NCBI GenBank assembly: GCA_963713615.1
Contig: CAVQMM010000001.1
Span: 3,200,001 to 3,264,000, forward strand
DNA from: an uncultured Chlamydiae bacterium
Lineage (GTDB): Bacteria > Chlamydiota > Chlamydiia > Chlamydiales > JAJFMA01
DNA length: 64,000 bases
Direction: 5' to 3'
In this document: in pieces, positions 49,082 through 58,589 of the stretch
Numbering within the stretch: position 1 is the first letter of the stretch
How the letters are laid out: each line of letters opens with the position of its first letter
The notes under the pieces: generated by a model
Databases searched by the model: none
Seen by the model: the letters and a program-made list of their open reading frames with translations, nothing else
Told to the model about the DNA's origin: nothing
Position numbers and translations under genes: made by a program

Positions 49082-52000
49082 CTAGCTATTGTTGTTATTA
49101 TTGTTGTTCTTAGGTAGCTGTATGCTCTTACGTTTGTTGTTGGTGTTAGGCTGGTAAACCTTTACGGTGAGAGGCTTGCCTGCATCTTTTAGCTTCCTCA
49201 CCTCAGCTAACGCACTTCTAAATGTACCATCTGCTCCAATACCTTTGGATATGGATTCTAGAACGTCCAGATTCAGAACATACGTCGTAGCTACCCAATC
49301 GCTCTTCTTGTTGGTTGGCTTGTACGTTAGCGTGATATCTTGGAGGCCCCTACCATCTGGGTGGTTAAAGTGGTTCACAATTTTATTATAGAAAAAGGCT
49401 TGAAGAGCTCTAGTATCATAGCCACCTAGAAAATCCACCACTTGTGTCTGAAGATTGCTGATCAGCTCTGCTTGTTGCTTACTAAGTGCTGCTTGAAGTT
49501 TAGCCTTGCTCTCCTCATTAGCATTTGCCAACTGATGCTTAGTCTTTTCAATTTCTTCATTGAGCCGATTCATATCCTCTTCTTGCCGAGCTTTCTCTAA
49601 TTCAAGTTGTGTTGCAACCTTTTTATGCTCTTCAGCACTCATCACAGTAGTTTCAACCTTTGTTGAAAGCTGAGCATTATTTGCCTGCAACTCCTCCAAC
49701 ATAGACTCAAGCTGAGCAATCCTTGCCGTGCGCTCTTCAATGGTTTGTCGTAAGGTATCATTTTCCTTCATGACACTTTTATGTTGGGTCTTGAGGAGTT
49801 CATTTTCCTGCATCAAAGCGCTTATTCTTTCTTGCAGCAGTCGTAGCTCGTCAGCTTGTGTGTTGATGGTTTCTTGCTGGCCAGAAATGGTGATCTCATG
49901 GGTCTGCACGAGATTGTCTCGTTCTTCAGCAAACTGCGTTTGCTCCTGAAGTTTTTTATTGGCCTCTACAATGGTCTGTTGGGCTTTTTCGAAAGCTTCC
50001 GTTTTGGAATTTAACTGTTCCACAACCAACTGATTTTGCTGCGTCAGTTCGCCGTTCAGTTTCTTGGATTCCTTCAACTCCAGCTGAGCTGCGTTGAGCT
50101 CGTTCTGCGCATCGCTACGAGCCTTGTTGACTTGCTCAAGCTCGCTTTGAACGGTTTTCAACTGATCGTTAAGCTCTTTCTGAGCCTCTTCGAATTGCTT
50201 AGCAGCGTCTGTATGACGGCTTTCAGCTTCGTTGAGCTTCTGACGTTCTTTAGTAACATCATTAGTAAGCTGCTGATTATTCTCTTCAAGCTCCTTCTGC
50301 TTCTGCTGAAGCTTGGTGATCTGCTCATCCTTCCACTGCAAGCTTTGCGAGAAACTTGTCAATTGATTGGCATTAGCACTGGCCGCTTGCTGCAGCTGGG
50401 TATATTCCGTTTCTTTTGTCTTGAGCAGCTCTGACGTTTCTGAAAGCTTCTTCTCAAGCTCACTGATGGCATTTAGGTGCTGTTGTTTGGTCTCTTCAAC
50501 CTGCTTGGCACTCACGCCTTCAGCTTCTATCTTATGTTGAAGCTGATTCTGGAGAGTCTCAATCTGTGACTTGGTCTTCTCCGATTCGTTCTTGAGGCTG
50601 TTGACCTCTGCGCGAGTATCGGCAAGCTCTTTAACAATCCTCGACTTGTCCTGCTTTTCCTGCTCTAGCAGCTCGCTAAGCTGGTCTTTCTCATTATTTA
50701 GAGATTCAATCTGATTTTGGATGCCTTGATGCTGTTCTCGAAGTTCAGACAATTGTTTTTCAAGATCCGCTACGCTAGCAAGTGAACTAGCCTTCTCGGT
50801 ATTTACCTCATGGAGTTGATTTGTCAGAGATTTTTCTGTCCCAGCGAGCTTCTCCTCGATCTCTGTTTTTTCACGTTCAAGTGCCTTAAGCTGCTTTTGA
50901 TACTCTTCAACCTCTTTTCTTAACTCAGACATTTTCTCCTTCTTACCACGGAAAGAAAACCCATAATTAATATTCTCTTGCTGATATTTGTCGCGCTCCT
51001 TCTTAAGCTTAAGGATGGTTGATTCACTCTCATTCAGTTTCAGGTTTCGGGCAGAAACTTGGAGATTGAGAATCCCCATTTGTCTTTCAAGCTCCTTGAT
51101 TTGATTTGACGCAGCGTCTTTCTCTCTAGTGACTCTATCAAGTGCTTGTGTCATCTCGTTAAGTGCTTGTGTCATCTCGTTCAGTCTAATTACCTGCTGC
51201 TGATTTTGAGATTGGTTACTTTCCAGACTCTGTATTTGATCGTTCAGTTGTTTTGTTTCTGTTTTTAATGTACTAATCTGGCTGCTTAGTTTGGATTCAT
51301 TTTGTTTTAACACGTATAGTTGAGTTTTCAATGCATTTGATTCATTTTCCAACTTGCTAATTGTGCTAGTCAGATCGTTTATCTGATCGTTTTTATCTTT
51401 CAGAGAGATTTTATTCTGGCCAATGGTCGCCAAATATTTTTCACAAGCTGTAGTAGCCTGCTGGAAATTTGCCTCAGCATCGTTCAGGTCCTTTTGCAGC
51501 TTTTGTAGCGCTTGCTTGTTTTTCTCTAGTTCAGCCTTTAGAACGTTGTTTGTGTTAGAAAGCTCAAAGTTCTTTGGTTGGAGCTGGTTATATTTCAATG
51601 TGATCTGTTCGACGTTTTCCTCGGCTGACATAAGCTTTTCTTTGAGCTTTTGAATGCTAGCAACCAAATCATTATTAGATAGCTGGTTATTAGCAGTATT
51701 CACAACGGATAGTGCTTGATCTAATAATTCCTGAAGTAATTTATTTTGTTTACTAAGTCTTTTAATTTCAAAATATAAGATACTAAACTCGTTAGTGTTA
51801 TCGTCTAAATCTCTGTTATTGTTAACGGTATAGGAGTGTTGCTCAAGCGCTTCTAAGATCGATTGAAAGCAAGAGTTATTTTCTCTGCGGAGGATCACTA
51901 TCAGCCCGGTCAAGAGTGAATTGCCTTTTGCAACATTGGTTTTAAACATTTCCCAGTCTTCTCGAAGTTTTTTAAACTTAAGATTACTAATTGGGAGTTT

Positions 52001-52876
52001 CTGGATGCTATCATCAAGAGTTTGTTCGAGACCTTTTTCGTAGTCATCGTCGTTGTTAAATATTATGTTGTCATTATTATTGTTGTTGTTCAGGTTTTGA
52101 TTTTTAATTATTATGTTATTATTGTTGTTGTTGTTTTTCTGTCTTGAATCATACGCTTTTGGATACTGATTGTCCTGTTCAATGTCACAACTGTCTTCGA
52201 TATATTCATCTTCATCACCAGAACTATGTGCTTTTAGCTCATCAATTTCTCTTTCAAGGTTCTGTTTTTTTACTAGAGCTTCTTTTAAGTTTTTTTGTAG
52301 ATTACTAATGTCATTTTTTTGTTTAGCGCTGAGGTTTTCGTTATTTTTAAGAATATTTGAAAGCTGCGTATTAATATTTTGATTAACCTCTTCAAGGCTG
52401 TAAACGTTCTCTTGCAATAGTTGAATTTGCTTCAAGGAATTATTAAATGCTCCATCGCAGGCTCTAATGTGAAAGGATGCCCAACCTAACCCACTTTCTG
52501 CATCTTTTTGGCTTGGGTCTTCCTGGATGATCTTGTCACGCTCTTTTTTAGAGCGCAGTATGGCGGTCATAATGCTATCGTTCGTGTTCATGAGCTTGAG
52601 TACAGTGACTGTAAAGTCTTTAGTTTGAAATGTGGGTTCCTTAACGTAGTATGGGCCATTATCATTGCCTATAAGCCGTAGGATGTCGAGGCATCGCTCT
52701 ACTTGATGTTCGTTCAACTCTTCTAAGGTCGAAAAATGCTTGAGTTGGGTTATCCGCTCCTCTTTTGAGAGTTCCTGGGCGCTTGGAACCTTTGCACCAA
52801 ACCAACCATTTTTAGACAAAAATCCATATTGTTTACTTTCTATGTCGGTATTAAAGTTAAAAGATGACTTATCCAT
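49082..52876 (-). CDS. 1264-aa coiled-coil protein with poly-Asn tracts
   Basis: Long E/K/Q/L heptad region; poly-N runs; AT-rich 5' half; no Walker motifs. Confidence 0.8.
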   Translation of the reverse strand: MDKSSFNFNTDIESKQYGFLSKNGWFGAKVPSAQELSKEERITQLKHFSTLEELNEHQVERCLDILRLIGNDNGPYYVKEPTFQTKDFTVTVLKLMNTNDSIMTAILRSKKERDKIIQEDPSQKDAESGLGWASFHIRACDGAFNNSLKQIQLLQENVYSLEEVNQNINTQLSNILKNNENLSAKQKNDISNLQKNLKEALVKKQNLEREIDELKAHSSGDEDEYIEDSCDIEQDNQYPKAYDSRQKNNNNNNNIIIKNQNLNNNNNNDNIIFNNDDDYEKGLEQTLDDSIQKLPISNLKFKKLREDWEMFKTNVAKGNSLLTGLIVILRRENNSCFQSILEALEQHSYTVNNNRDLDDNTNEFSILYFEIKRLSKQNKLLQELLDQALSVVNTANNQLSNNDLVASIQKLKEKLMSAEENVEQITLKYNQLQPKNFELSNTNNVLKAELEKNKQALQKLQKDLNDAEANFQQATTACEKYLATIGQNKISLKDKNDQINDLTSTISKLENESNALKTQLYVLKQNESKLSSQISTLKTETKQLNDQIQSLESNQSQNQQQVIRLNEMTQALNEMTQALDRVTREKDAASNQIKELERQMGILNLQVSARNLKLNESESTILKLKKERDKYQQENINYGFSFRGKKEKMSELRKEVEEYQKQLKALEREKTEIEEKLAGTEKSLTNQLHEVNTEKASSLASVADLEKQLSELREQHQGIQNQIESLNNEKDQLSELLEQEKQDKSRIVKELADTRAEVNSLKNESEKTKSQIETLQNQLQHKIEAEGVSAKQVEETKQQHLNAISELEKKLSETSELLKTKETEYTQLQQAASANANQLTSFSQSLQWKDEQITKLQQKQKELEENNQQLTNDVTKERQKLNEAESRHTDAAKQFEEAQKELNDQLKTVQSELEQVNKARSDAQNELNAAQLELKESKKLNGELTQQNQLVVEQLNSKTEAFEKAQQTIVEANKKLQEQTQFAEERDNLVQTHEITISGQQETINTQADELRLLQERISALMQENELLKTQHKSVMKENDTLRQTIEERTARIAQLESMLEELQANNAQLSTKVETTVMSAEEHKKVATQLELEKARQEEDMNRLNEEIEKTKHQLANANEESKAKLQAALSKQQAELISNLQTQVVDFLGGYDTRALQAFFYNKIVNHFNHPDGRGLQDITLTYKPTNKKSDWVATTYVLNLDVLESISKGIGADGTFRSALAEVRKLKDAGKPLTVKVYQPNTNNKRKSIQLPKNNNNNNNS

Positions 52877-53426
52877 TGGAGCTCCTATGATTTATTTGAT
52901 TCGAACATTACCTTCATTTGCATTCAGTGAAGGAGTGTATTACTAGCTCAATATAATGGCAAGTGCATAATTTTTTATTCTCCAACAGCCCGGTAAAAGT
53001 GATTAGTTTCAGAGAGTTCAATACCGCATTAGACATTCATCTGAAGGCCTATAAAAGTAGATTCAGCTCATTTTTCTAGTTGCAAGGGATTTTGAAGACA
53101 ATAAGGACTTTAAGGACGAAGAGTTACAGTTCAAGCTCTCTTCTATCCAAACAAGTGCATATAGTCTAATCACATTATCAGTTACGGCCCTCATTGTCTT
53201 CATCGTTCTTAAACTGAGCTCTGCGCGCATGTTATTGGTGCATGCAAGTAATAATTACCAAAAAATATTAACACAGCGTTAAGCATCTGTTGGAGACTGA
53301 TTAAGATTGCTTTGTTTTGCGTGTTTTTTGGCAAAAGCCATTGACGTTGTGGCGCGGAACCGGATATAATGCTAGGCCCAAACACTAGAAAATGTGTAGT
53401 AAAATGAAAGTAACGGGAGGAATACC

Positions 53427-54293
53427 ATGGTGGCAAATGTAATGGCACCAAGCGGCTTGGATGCTTGCTGGTTCACAAGAGATTTAGTCGATCGTATAGA
53501 TCAATGTGCAAAAGATGGCGGAGCCGTCGCACGGTTAACTGCCGGCGGCTTGACTGGCTTGGTGGCGCTCTCAGACTTAGACAACGCGGGCATTCACCTC
53601 GTTAAGGCGGTAGCCCAATTGCCCTTGGCTGTGCTTGTCACCATTGGTCGGTTGGTCGGTTTGGATGCTGCTAAACAATCCGATTACGACCTAACGAGAG
53701 TGGCGCTCCATGTGACGCGAACCCTAGCTTTTGCTACTGAAGCAGGCGTTTGTGGGACAATAGGCATCCCTTTTGCAGTTGCCAAGCCTTCGGCTATTGT
53801 TGCTTTGCATCGTGACCTAGGTTTGAATGCTACCTGGGAAAATTCGGGGTCTCTTGAAACATGGCGCACTCGTGTAGATGAATATTGCCACATGGCGCAA
53901 GATGGAGTTAAGAAGGCTTGGGGAACCACGCGTGACTTTGGCTCTCTTGTCATTAGCAATAAAAACCCAGCTCTAACGATCAAAGTGATAGGTGCTCTTG
54001 TGGGCACACTAGGTCTTGTGGGTGGAACTGCCTTGGCGTTGTCTTCAACTGGGACGAGTGATGGTGGTCCTAACAACCATGATGTTCCTGATAACGGTGG
54101 TGTCAACAATATCGTTATTGTTGACCCTAACAAAGTTAAACCTAATGACGACAACCAAGATAAAAAGCACAAGGTGACATCGGGTGAGGTGGGGGTGCAT
54201 GCAGTATTAGGCTTGGGTACGGTTGCTGTGGCATATGCAATGGTATATCGTCTTGTCAAGGCTGTGCCTGTTCTTGGTATGGCGCCCGCCTAA
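53427..54293 (+). CDS. Hypothetical membrane protein, paralog of 42481-43296
   Basis: GGAGG RBS; shared N-terminal ~135 aa; divergent C-terminus with an extra hydrophobic segment. Confidence 0.75.
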   Translation: MVANVMAPSGLDACWFTRDLVDRIDQCAKDGGAVARLTAGGLTGLVALSDLDNAGIHLVKAVAQLPLAVLVTIGRLVGLDAAKQSDYDLTRVALHVTRTLAFATEAGVCGTIGIPFAVAKPSAIVALHRDLGLNATWENSGSLETWRTRVDEYCHMAQDGVKKAWGTTRDFGSLVISNKNPALTIKVIGALVGTLGLVGGTALALSSTGTSDGGPNNHDVPDNGGVNNIVIVDPNKVKPNDDNQDKKHKVTSGEVGVHAVLGLGTVAVAYAMVYRLVKAVPVLGMAPA

Positions 54294-54310
54294 TTGAAGA
54301 CCTATAGTCT

Positions 54311-54349
54311 AAAGCCCGTACAGCCTTTCTGGTTGGACGGGCTTTTTTT
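54311..54349 (+). terminator. Intrinsic terminator
   Basis: aaagcccgt...acgggc followed by a T-run. Confidence 0.75.
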
Positions 54350-54445
54350 TGAGCGCAGGATAGATGTTATCGCCCTTGCCAAGAAAGGGTTTGTTTGGCT
54401 ATCATTTACGACTAGCTGATAGATCAAACGTGATTCAAGCGTTAA

Positions 54446-54532
54446 GGAAAGATGGCTGAGTGGCCGAAAGCACGTCCCTGCTAAGGACGCATACCCGCAA
54501 GGGTATCGAGGGTTCGAATCCCTCTCTTTCCG
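54446..54532 (+). tRNA. tRNA-Ser(GCT)
   Basis: ggaaaga/tctttcc acceptor stem, cgtcc-ctGCTaa-ggacg anticodon arm, long variable arm, GGTTCGAATCC; CCA not encoded. Confidence 0.95.
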
Positions 54533-54568
54533 CTCAAGGGCTTTGGCATCACTGCCAAGGCCCTTTTT

Positions 54569-55411
54569 TTATCTTCTTAAGTAGTTTCGGCGAAGGGGTA
54601 GCACAAGGCCATATGCCAGGCCAGCCACTAGGGCGATGGTAGCACCTGCTGGCCAGTCCAGATGGTAGGCAGCCATTGTTCCAGAGAAAGAAAAGATGGC
54701 GCTTAAGAGGACTCCCACTAGCATCATGGTTGACAGTCTACCCGTGAATAGGTTAGCTATGGCTGCAGGAATCGTCAGCATGGTGATCACCAAAATAATC
54801 CCTACCACCTGAATAAGCACCACCGTGGTGATGGCTACCAGGACCAGCAGAAGCAGATAAAGAGCTTTCACAGGCTGCTGCTGCAGAAGGGCCTGCTCCT
54901 CATCGAAGCAGATGGCGAGGAAGCGGGGATGCAGGCATAGCACGATCAGCAAGACAATCGCATCGAGTCCAAAAAGCATATATAGGTCGCTGGGGTCTAT
55001 CCACAGGATGTTACCGATGAGGAAATTATTGAGTTCGACGTTATAACCAGGGGTCTGAGAAATAAAGACGACGCCGATGGCCATGCCCACGGACCATAAG
55101 GCAGCGATGACAGAATCTTCCCTTTCGCGATAGTGTAAGTGGATCCATCCGATGAGCAAGGCTGACAAGATAGCTGTCACCAAAGCACCTTGTATGGGAG
55201 TGATCCATTCGATATCGTGGGTGCGTTGTAGCCAAAGGCAGAAGCCCATGCCTCCCAAGACAGTGTGGGAGATGCTGCCGCTGATGAAGACGATACGCTT
55301 GACGACGACATAGGCTCCGATGATCCCGCTGATGATGGAAGCGCCGAAGCCTGCCAATATGGCGGACAAGAGCAGCGGGTTAGTGGTTAAGGCCTCAAAA
55401 AAAGAAAACAT
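54569..55411 (-). CDS. Zn/Mn ABC transporter permease
   Basis: IVFISGSISHTVLGG, FLIGNIL, VVGIILVITMLTIPA, PAGATI. Confidence 0.92.
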   Translation of the reverse strand: MFSFFEALTTNPLLLSAILAGFGASIISGIIGAYVVVKRIVFISGSISHTVLGGMGFCLWLQRTHDIEWITPIQGALVTAILSALLIGWIHLHYREREDSVIAALWSVGMAIGVVFISQTPGYNVELNNFLIGNILWIDPSDLYMLFGLDAIVLLIVLCLHPRFLAICFDEEQALLQQQPVKALYLLLLVLVAITTVVLIQVVGIILVITMLTIPAAIANLFTGRLSTMMLVGVLLSAIFSFSGTMAAYHLDWPAGATIALVAGLAYGLVLPLRRNYLRR

Positions 55412-55414
55412 AAG

Positions 55415-56179
55415 CTATATGGGCTCAGAGGGGTTCTGGGATTTTTGGGGCGGCATGATCAAAGGTGTGTGGTACAAACCTACGGTAAAGTGCTGGCAGA
55501 CCTCTTCAGGTTTTAGAGGGATTGCTGCGCCTTGGACGCATAGGATACGGTCGACTCTTTCGATGACAGTTTGGAGGTCATGGGTGACCATTGCGAGGGT
55601 CATATTGCCGCGTAGTTTGGCAAGAAGCTTGTAAATTTCCGCTTGAGCCTCGACATCGACGCTGCTGGTGGGTTCATCGAGGAGCAGCAGTTTAGGTTGG
55701 GAGACCAAGGCTCTGGCGATCAGGACGCGTTGTGCTTGACCACCGGAAAGCGATCCAAAGGCTGCATGAGCAAAAGAGGTGAGCTCGACAGCTTCGAGAG
55801 CCTCCATAGCGAGTTGTTTATCGCGAGTGCTGTAGGCTCCGTACCAAGGGAGGTGAGAGAGGCGTCCGGTTAAAACAACTTCGAAGACGGAGATAGGAAA
55901 AAGTTTGTCGAAGGGAAGACGTTGGGGGACATAGGCGATATCATTGCGGGCATTAGCAGGATCTTTCCCAAAGATCGTGAGGGATCCGGAATCGGGTTTT
56001 AGAAAACCCATGAGGAGTTTCAGAAGAGTTGTTTTGCCGCCGCCGTTGGGACCGATGATGCCTACAAACTGACCTTCGAGAATTTCGAAGGAAACGTGTG
56101 AGAGCACAGGAGCGGTGCCGTAGGCAAAGCAGAGATCATGGGCGACAATTACGGGCATTGCATCCTTCGGTGCGGGCAA
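55415..56179 (-). CDS. Zn/Mn ABC transporter ATP-binding protein
   Basis: GPNGGGKTT, LSGGQAQR, LLLDEPT, VTHD. Confidence 0.93.
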   Translation of the reverse strand: MPAPKDAMPVIVAHDLCFAYGTAPVLSHVSFEILEGQFVGIIGPNGGGKTTLLKLLMGFLKPDSGSLTIFGKDPANARNDIAYVPQRLPFDKLFPISVFEVVLTGRLSHLPWYGAYSTRDKQLAMEALEAVELTSFAHAAFGSLSGGQAQRVLIARALVSQPKLLLLDEPTSSVDVEAQAEIYKLLAKLRGNMTLAMVTHDLQTVIERVDRILCVQGAAIPLKPEEVCQHFTVGLYHTPLIMPPQKSQNPSEPI

Positions 56180-56281
56180 ATTTGTGCCGGGATAGTGTCG
56201 TTAGAGTAGCATAATTAGGGCATCTATGACAATAGGCAGCGTAACAAACCGTTTGCAGCGCGTATAGTTGTACAATCATTG

Positions 56282-56566
56282 CTCGGCGCGCAGCGCTTTG
56301 GAGTGCGCGTCGCTCGCGACCGCTTTGGAATTGGGCGAAGCTATAGCCTCACGACCGTCACCCTCCCCACACCCCAAAGGCCTCACAATCGTCACTCGGC
56401 GCGTAGCGCTTTGGAGTGCGCGTCGCTCGCGACCGCTTTGGATTTGGGCGAAGCTATAGCCTCAGGACCGTTACCCTCCTCACCCCCCAAAGCCCTCACA
56501 ATCGTCACTCGGCGCGTAGCGCTTTGGAGTGCGCGTCGCTCGCGATCGCTTTGGATTTGGGCGAAC
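56282..56566 (+). repeat. Three tandem REP units (~113-bp period) on one side of the RAYT
   Basis: ctcggcgcgYagcgctttggagtgcgcgtcgctcgcgaccgctttggaWttgggcgaa at ~56282, 56396, 56508. Confidence 0.9.
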
Positions 56567-56584
56567 CTCTTGCTTCACAAGCCA

Positions 56585-57115
56585 TTAAAAGTCATCATAA
56601 ACATTTACATTATCTATTTTGAAGCTCTCTACGGTTTTTTGAAAGGCCCTTGAGGCGGTCTTCTGGAACCAATTTGCAGAACACCATGTATATTCAGCGG
56701 CGTTTTCCACGAGTTTATGTCGAACTGGATTTTGCTTAACATAGTTCAAACGCGCCAAATAAGATCGTTCGAAGGTTAGGCGCGTATCCCAGAATTGATG
56801 CCACACCTGACGACCAGGTGTGCCATCCCTTTCGTTAACGATCCTTGCTGTAATGCCGTGTAGCTTATTGATAAATATATTTAGATTTTGTGGATCCTTA
56901 GGAGCACTTGCCACAAAATGATAATGGTTACTAAAGACGGCCCAAGCCTGCAAACTCCAATTAAATTCATTCGCACAAGAGATAAGGTTATTTTGCAGTA
57001 TGGTAAGTCTTTCTGGACATCTAAAATGATGAAGTTTGCGATAGGTACCTGCAGTCACCATGTAGGTTCCTTGATTGGCGGTCCAGTGTGGTGGGCTATG
57101 TGGCCAGTGTTCCAT
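56585..57115 (-). CDS. REP-associated tyrosine transposase (RAYT / TnpA-REP)
   Basis: GTYMVTAGT, WAVFSNHYHF (HUH), VWHQFWD, YVKQNPVRHKLV..Y.W.S; likely start ATG 57115. Confidence 0.9.
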   Translation of the reverse strand: MEHWPHSPPHWTANQGTYMVTAGTYRKLHHFRCPERLTILQNNLISCANEFNWSLQAWAVFSNHYHFVASAPKDPQNLNIFINKLHGITARIVNERDGTPGRQVWHQFWDTRLTFERSYLARLNYVKQNPVRHKLVENAAEYTWCSANWFQKTASRAFQKTVESFKIDNVNVYDDF

Positions 57116-57199
57116 AAGGTTCCTAAGAGCGTTTTTTAGGAAAGAAAAGATATTATTTAAAATAATTATATGCAAGTTTTAGGTTGTTAAAAAAAAGAC

Positions 57200-57590
57200 T
57201 GGCGCCGAAAGACGATTGTGAGGGGTTTGTGGTGTGAGGGTGGATGTAAGGGTTTGTGGTGTGAGGGGGTGGCGGTCGTGAGGCTATAGGTTCGCCCAAA
57301 TCCAAAGCGGTCGCGAGCGACGCGCACTCCAAAGCGCTGCGCGCCGAAAGACGATTGTGAGGGGTTTGTGGTGTGAGGGGGTGACGGTCGTGAGGCTATA
57401 GGTTCGCCCAAATCCAAAGCGGTCGCGAGCGACGCGCACTCCAAAGCGCTGCGCGCCGAAAGACGATTGTGAGGGGTTTGTGGTGTGAGGGGGTGACGGT
57501 CGTGAGGCTATAGGTTCGCCCAAATCCAAAGCGGTCGCGAGCGACCGCACTCCAAAGCGCTGCGCGCCGAGAGACTATTGTGAGGGCTTC
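57200..57590 (-). repeat. Three tandem REP units plus a partial unit, inverted relative to 56282-56566
   Basis: ttcgcccaaatccaaagcggtcgcgagcgacgcgcactccaaagcgctgcgcgccga at ~57291, 57403, 57515. Confidence 0.9.
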
Positions 57591-57609
57591 GCGCCCAGAG
57601 GCGATTATC

Positions 57610-58473
57610 CTACGACTTGGCAAACTGCTGAGAGATCAACAAGAGGTTCGTCATATAATTCTCAGCATAGGGATCCAACAACACTAACGAAGCTCCCAGC
57701 TGCCCAGCAATGATCTTCGCTGCTTTGTCACTGTACTGCGTTTGGGTGAAAATCGTCTTGACACGCAGCTCCTGAGCTTTGTTGATCAATGCAGTGAGCT
57801 TCCGCGATGAAGGATCCTTGCCCTCCACCTCCACAGCGAGTTGTGCTAGGCCATAGTCACGGCACAAATAGGCGTAGGCAGGGTGCGTTACCAGAATCGT
57901 CTTGCCACGCACGGGATTCAAAATCTCTGAAAGCTGCTTCTCGAGGCTATCAAGCTCAGACAAATGTTCCTTGAGTGCTTGTTGATAACGGGCAGCATTA
58001 GCAGGGTAACGCTTGCTAAGGGTGTCAGCGACAATGCGAGCTTCTTGCTTCATAAGACGGGCACTTAGCCAGTAATGGAGATCCTTGCCTTCAGGATGGC
58101 AGCACCCTTCATGGCATCCTTCGCCTTCGATGAGGTCTAGGCCCTGGCGCATGTCGATGAGCTGCAGCTTAGAATTATGCGCTGTCAGGGCCTTGGCGAC
58201 GCGTGGCTCAAAGCTCTCTCCGATGCGAAACCAAAGATCTGCCTTGCCAGAGGCTAATACTTGTTTCATCGTAGGTTCATATGTATGGACATTAGCCGCC
58301 GGTGGCACCAATAGGCCCACTGCGACTGTATCGCCGGCAATGCGTTCCACGAGATGTTTATAGGGAGCTACACTGACAAGCACGTAAGGTGTGTTGTCCG
58401 CTGTACCTGTGGCACTCAAATTAACCGTCGTCCACATTAGAACGAGCAGTAGATAATTGGCTATTGATCTCAT
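57610..58473 (-). CDS. Zn/Mn ABC transporter substrate-binding protein
   Basis: NVHTYEPT, His/Cys loop, DLHYWLS, VTHPAYAYL, LDPY. Confidence 0.92.
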   Translation of the reverse strand: MRSIANYLLLVLMWTTVNLSATGTADNTPYVLVSVAPYKHLVERIAGDTVAVGLLVPPAANVHTYEPTMKQVLASGKADLWFRIGESFEPRVAKALTAHNSKLQLIDMRQGLDLIEGEGCHEGCCHPEGKDLHYWLSARLMKQEARIVADTLSKRYPANAARYQQALKEHLSELDSLEKQLSEILNPVRGKTILVTHPAYAYLCRDYGLAQLAVEVEGKDPSSRKLTALINKAQELRVKTIFTQTQYSDKAAKIIAGQLGASLVLLDPYAENYMTNLLLISQQFAKS

Positions 58474-58589
58474 TGTAATACTAACCTTGTTGTTCTTAAA
58501 ACAGAGTATGCGACTTTTTACCGTTTTTTACAAGGTACTAGTCGGATTTTTCGGGGTGGTTTTATGCCGTGCGTAGTAGCCGGTATAGC

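Noticed and set aside
49082..52876. SMC/SbcC ATPase or eukaryotic contamination
   Set aside because: No Walker A/B or hinge motifs; intronless, with a bacterial intrinsic terminator and contiguous bacterial flanks.
56268..57623. Short ORFs with ARSALECASLATALDLGE (also 6355-6543)
   Set aside because: Translations of the RAYT-associated REP units, not supported as genes.
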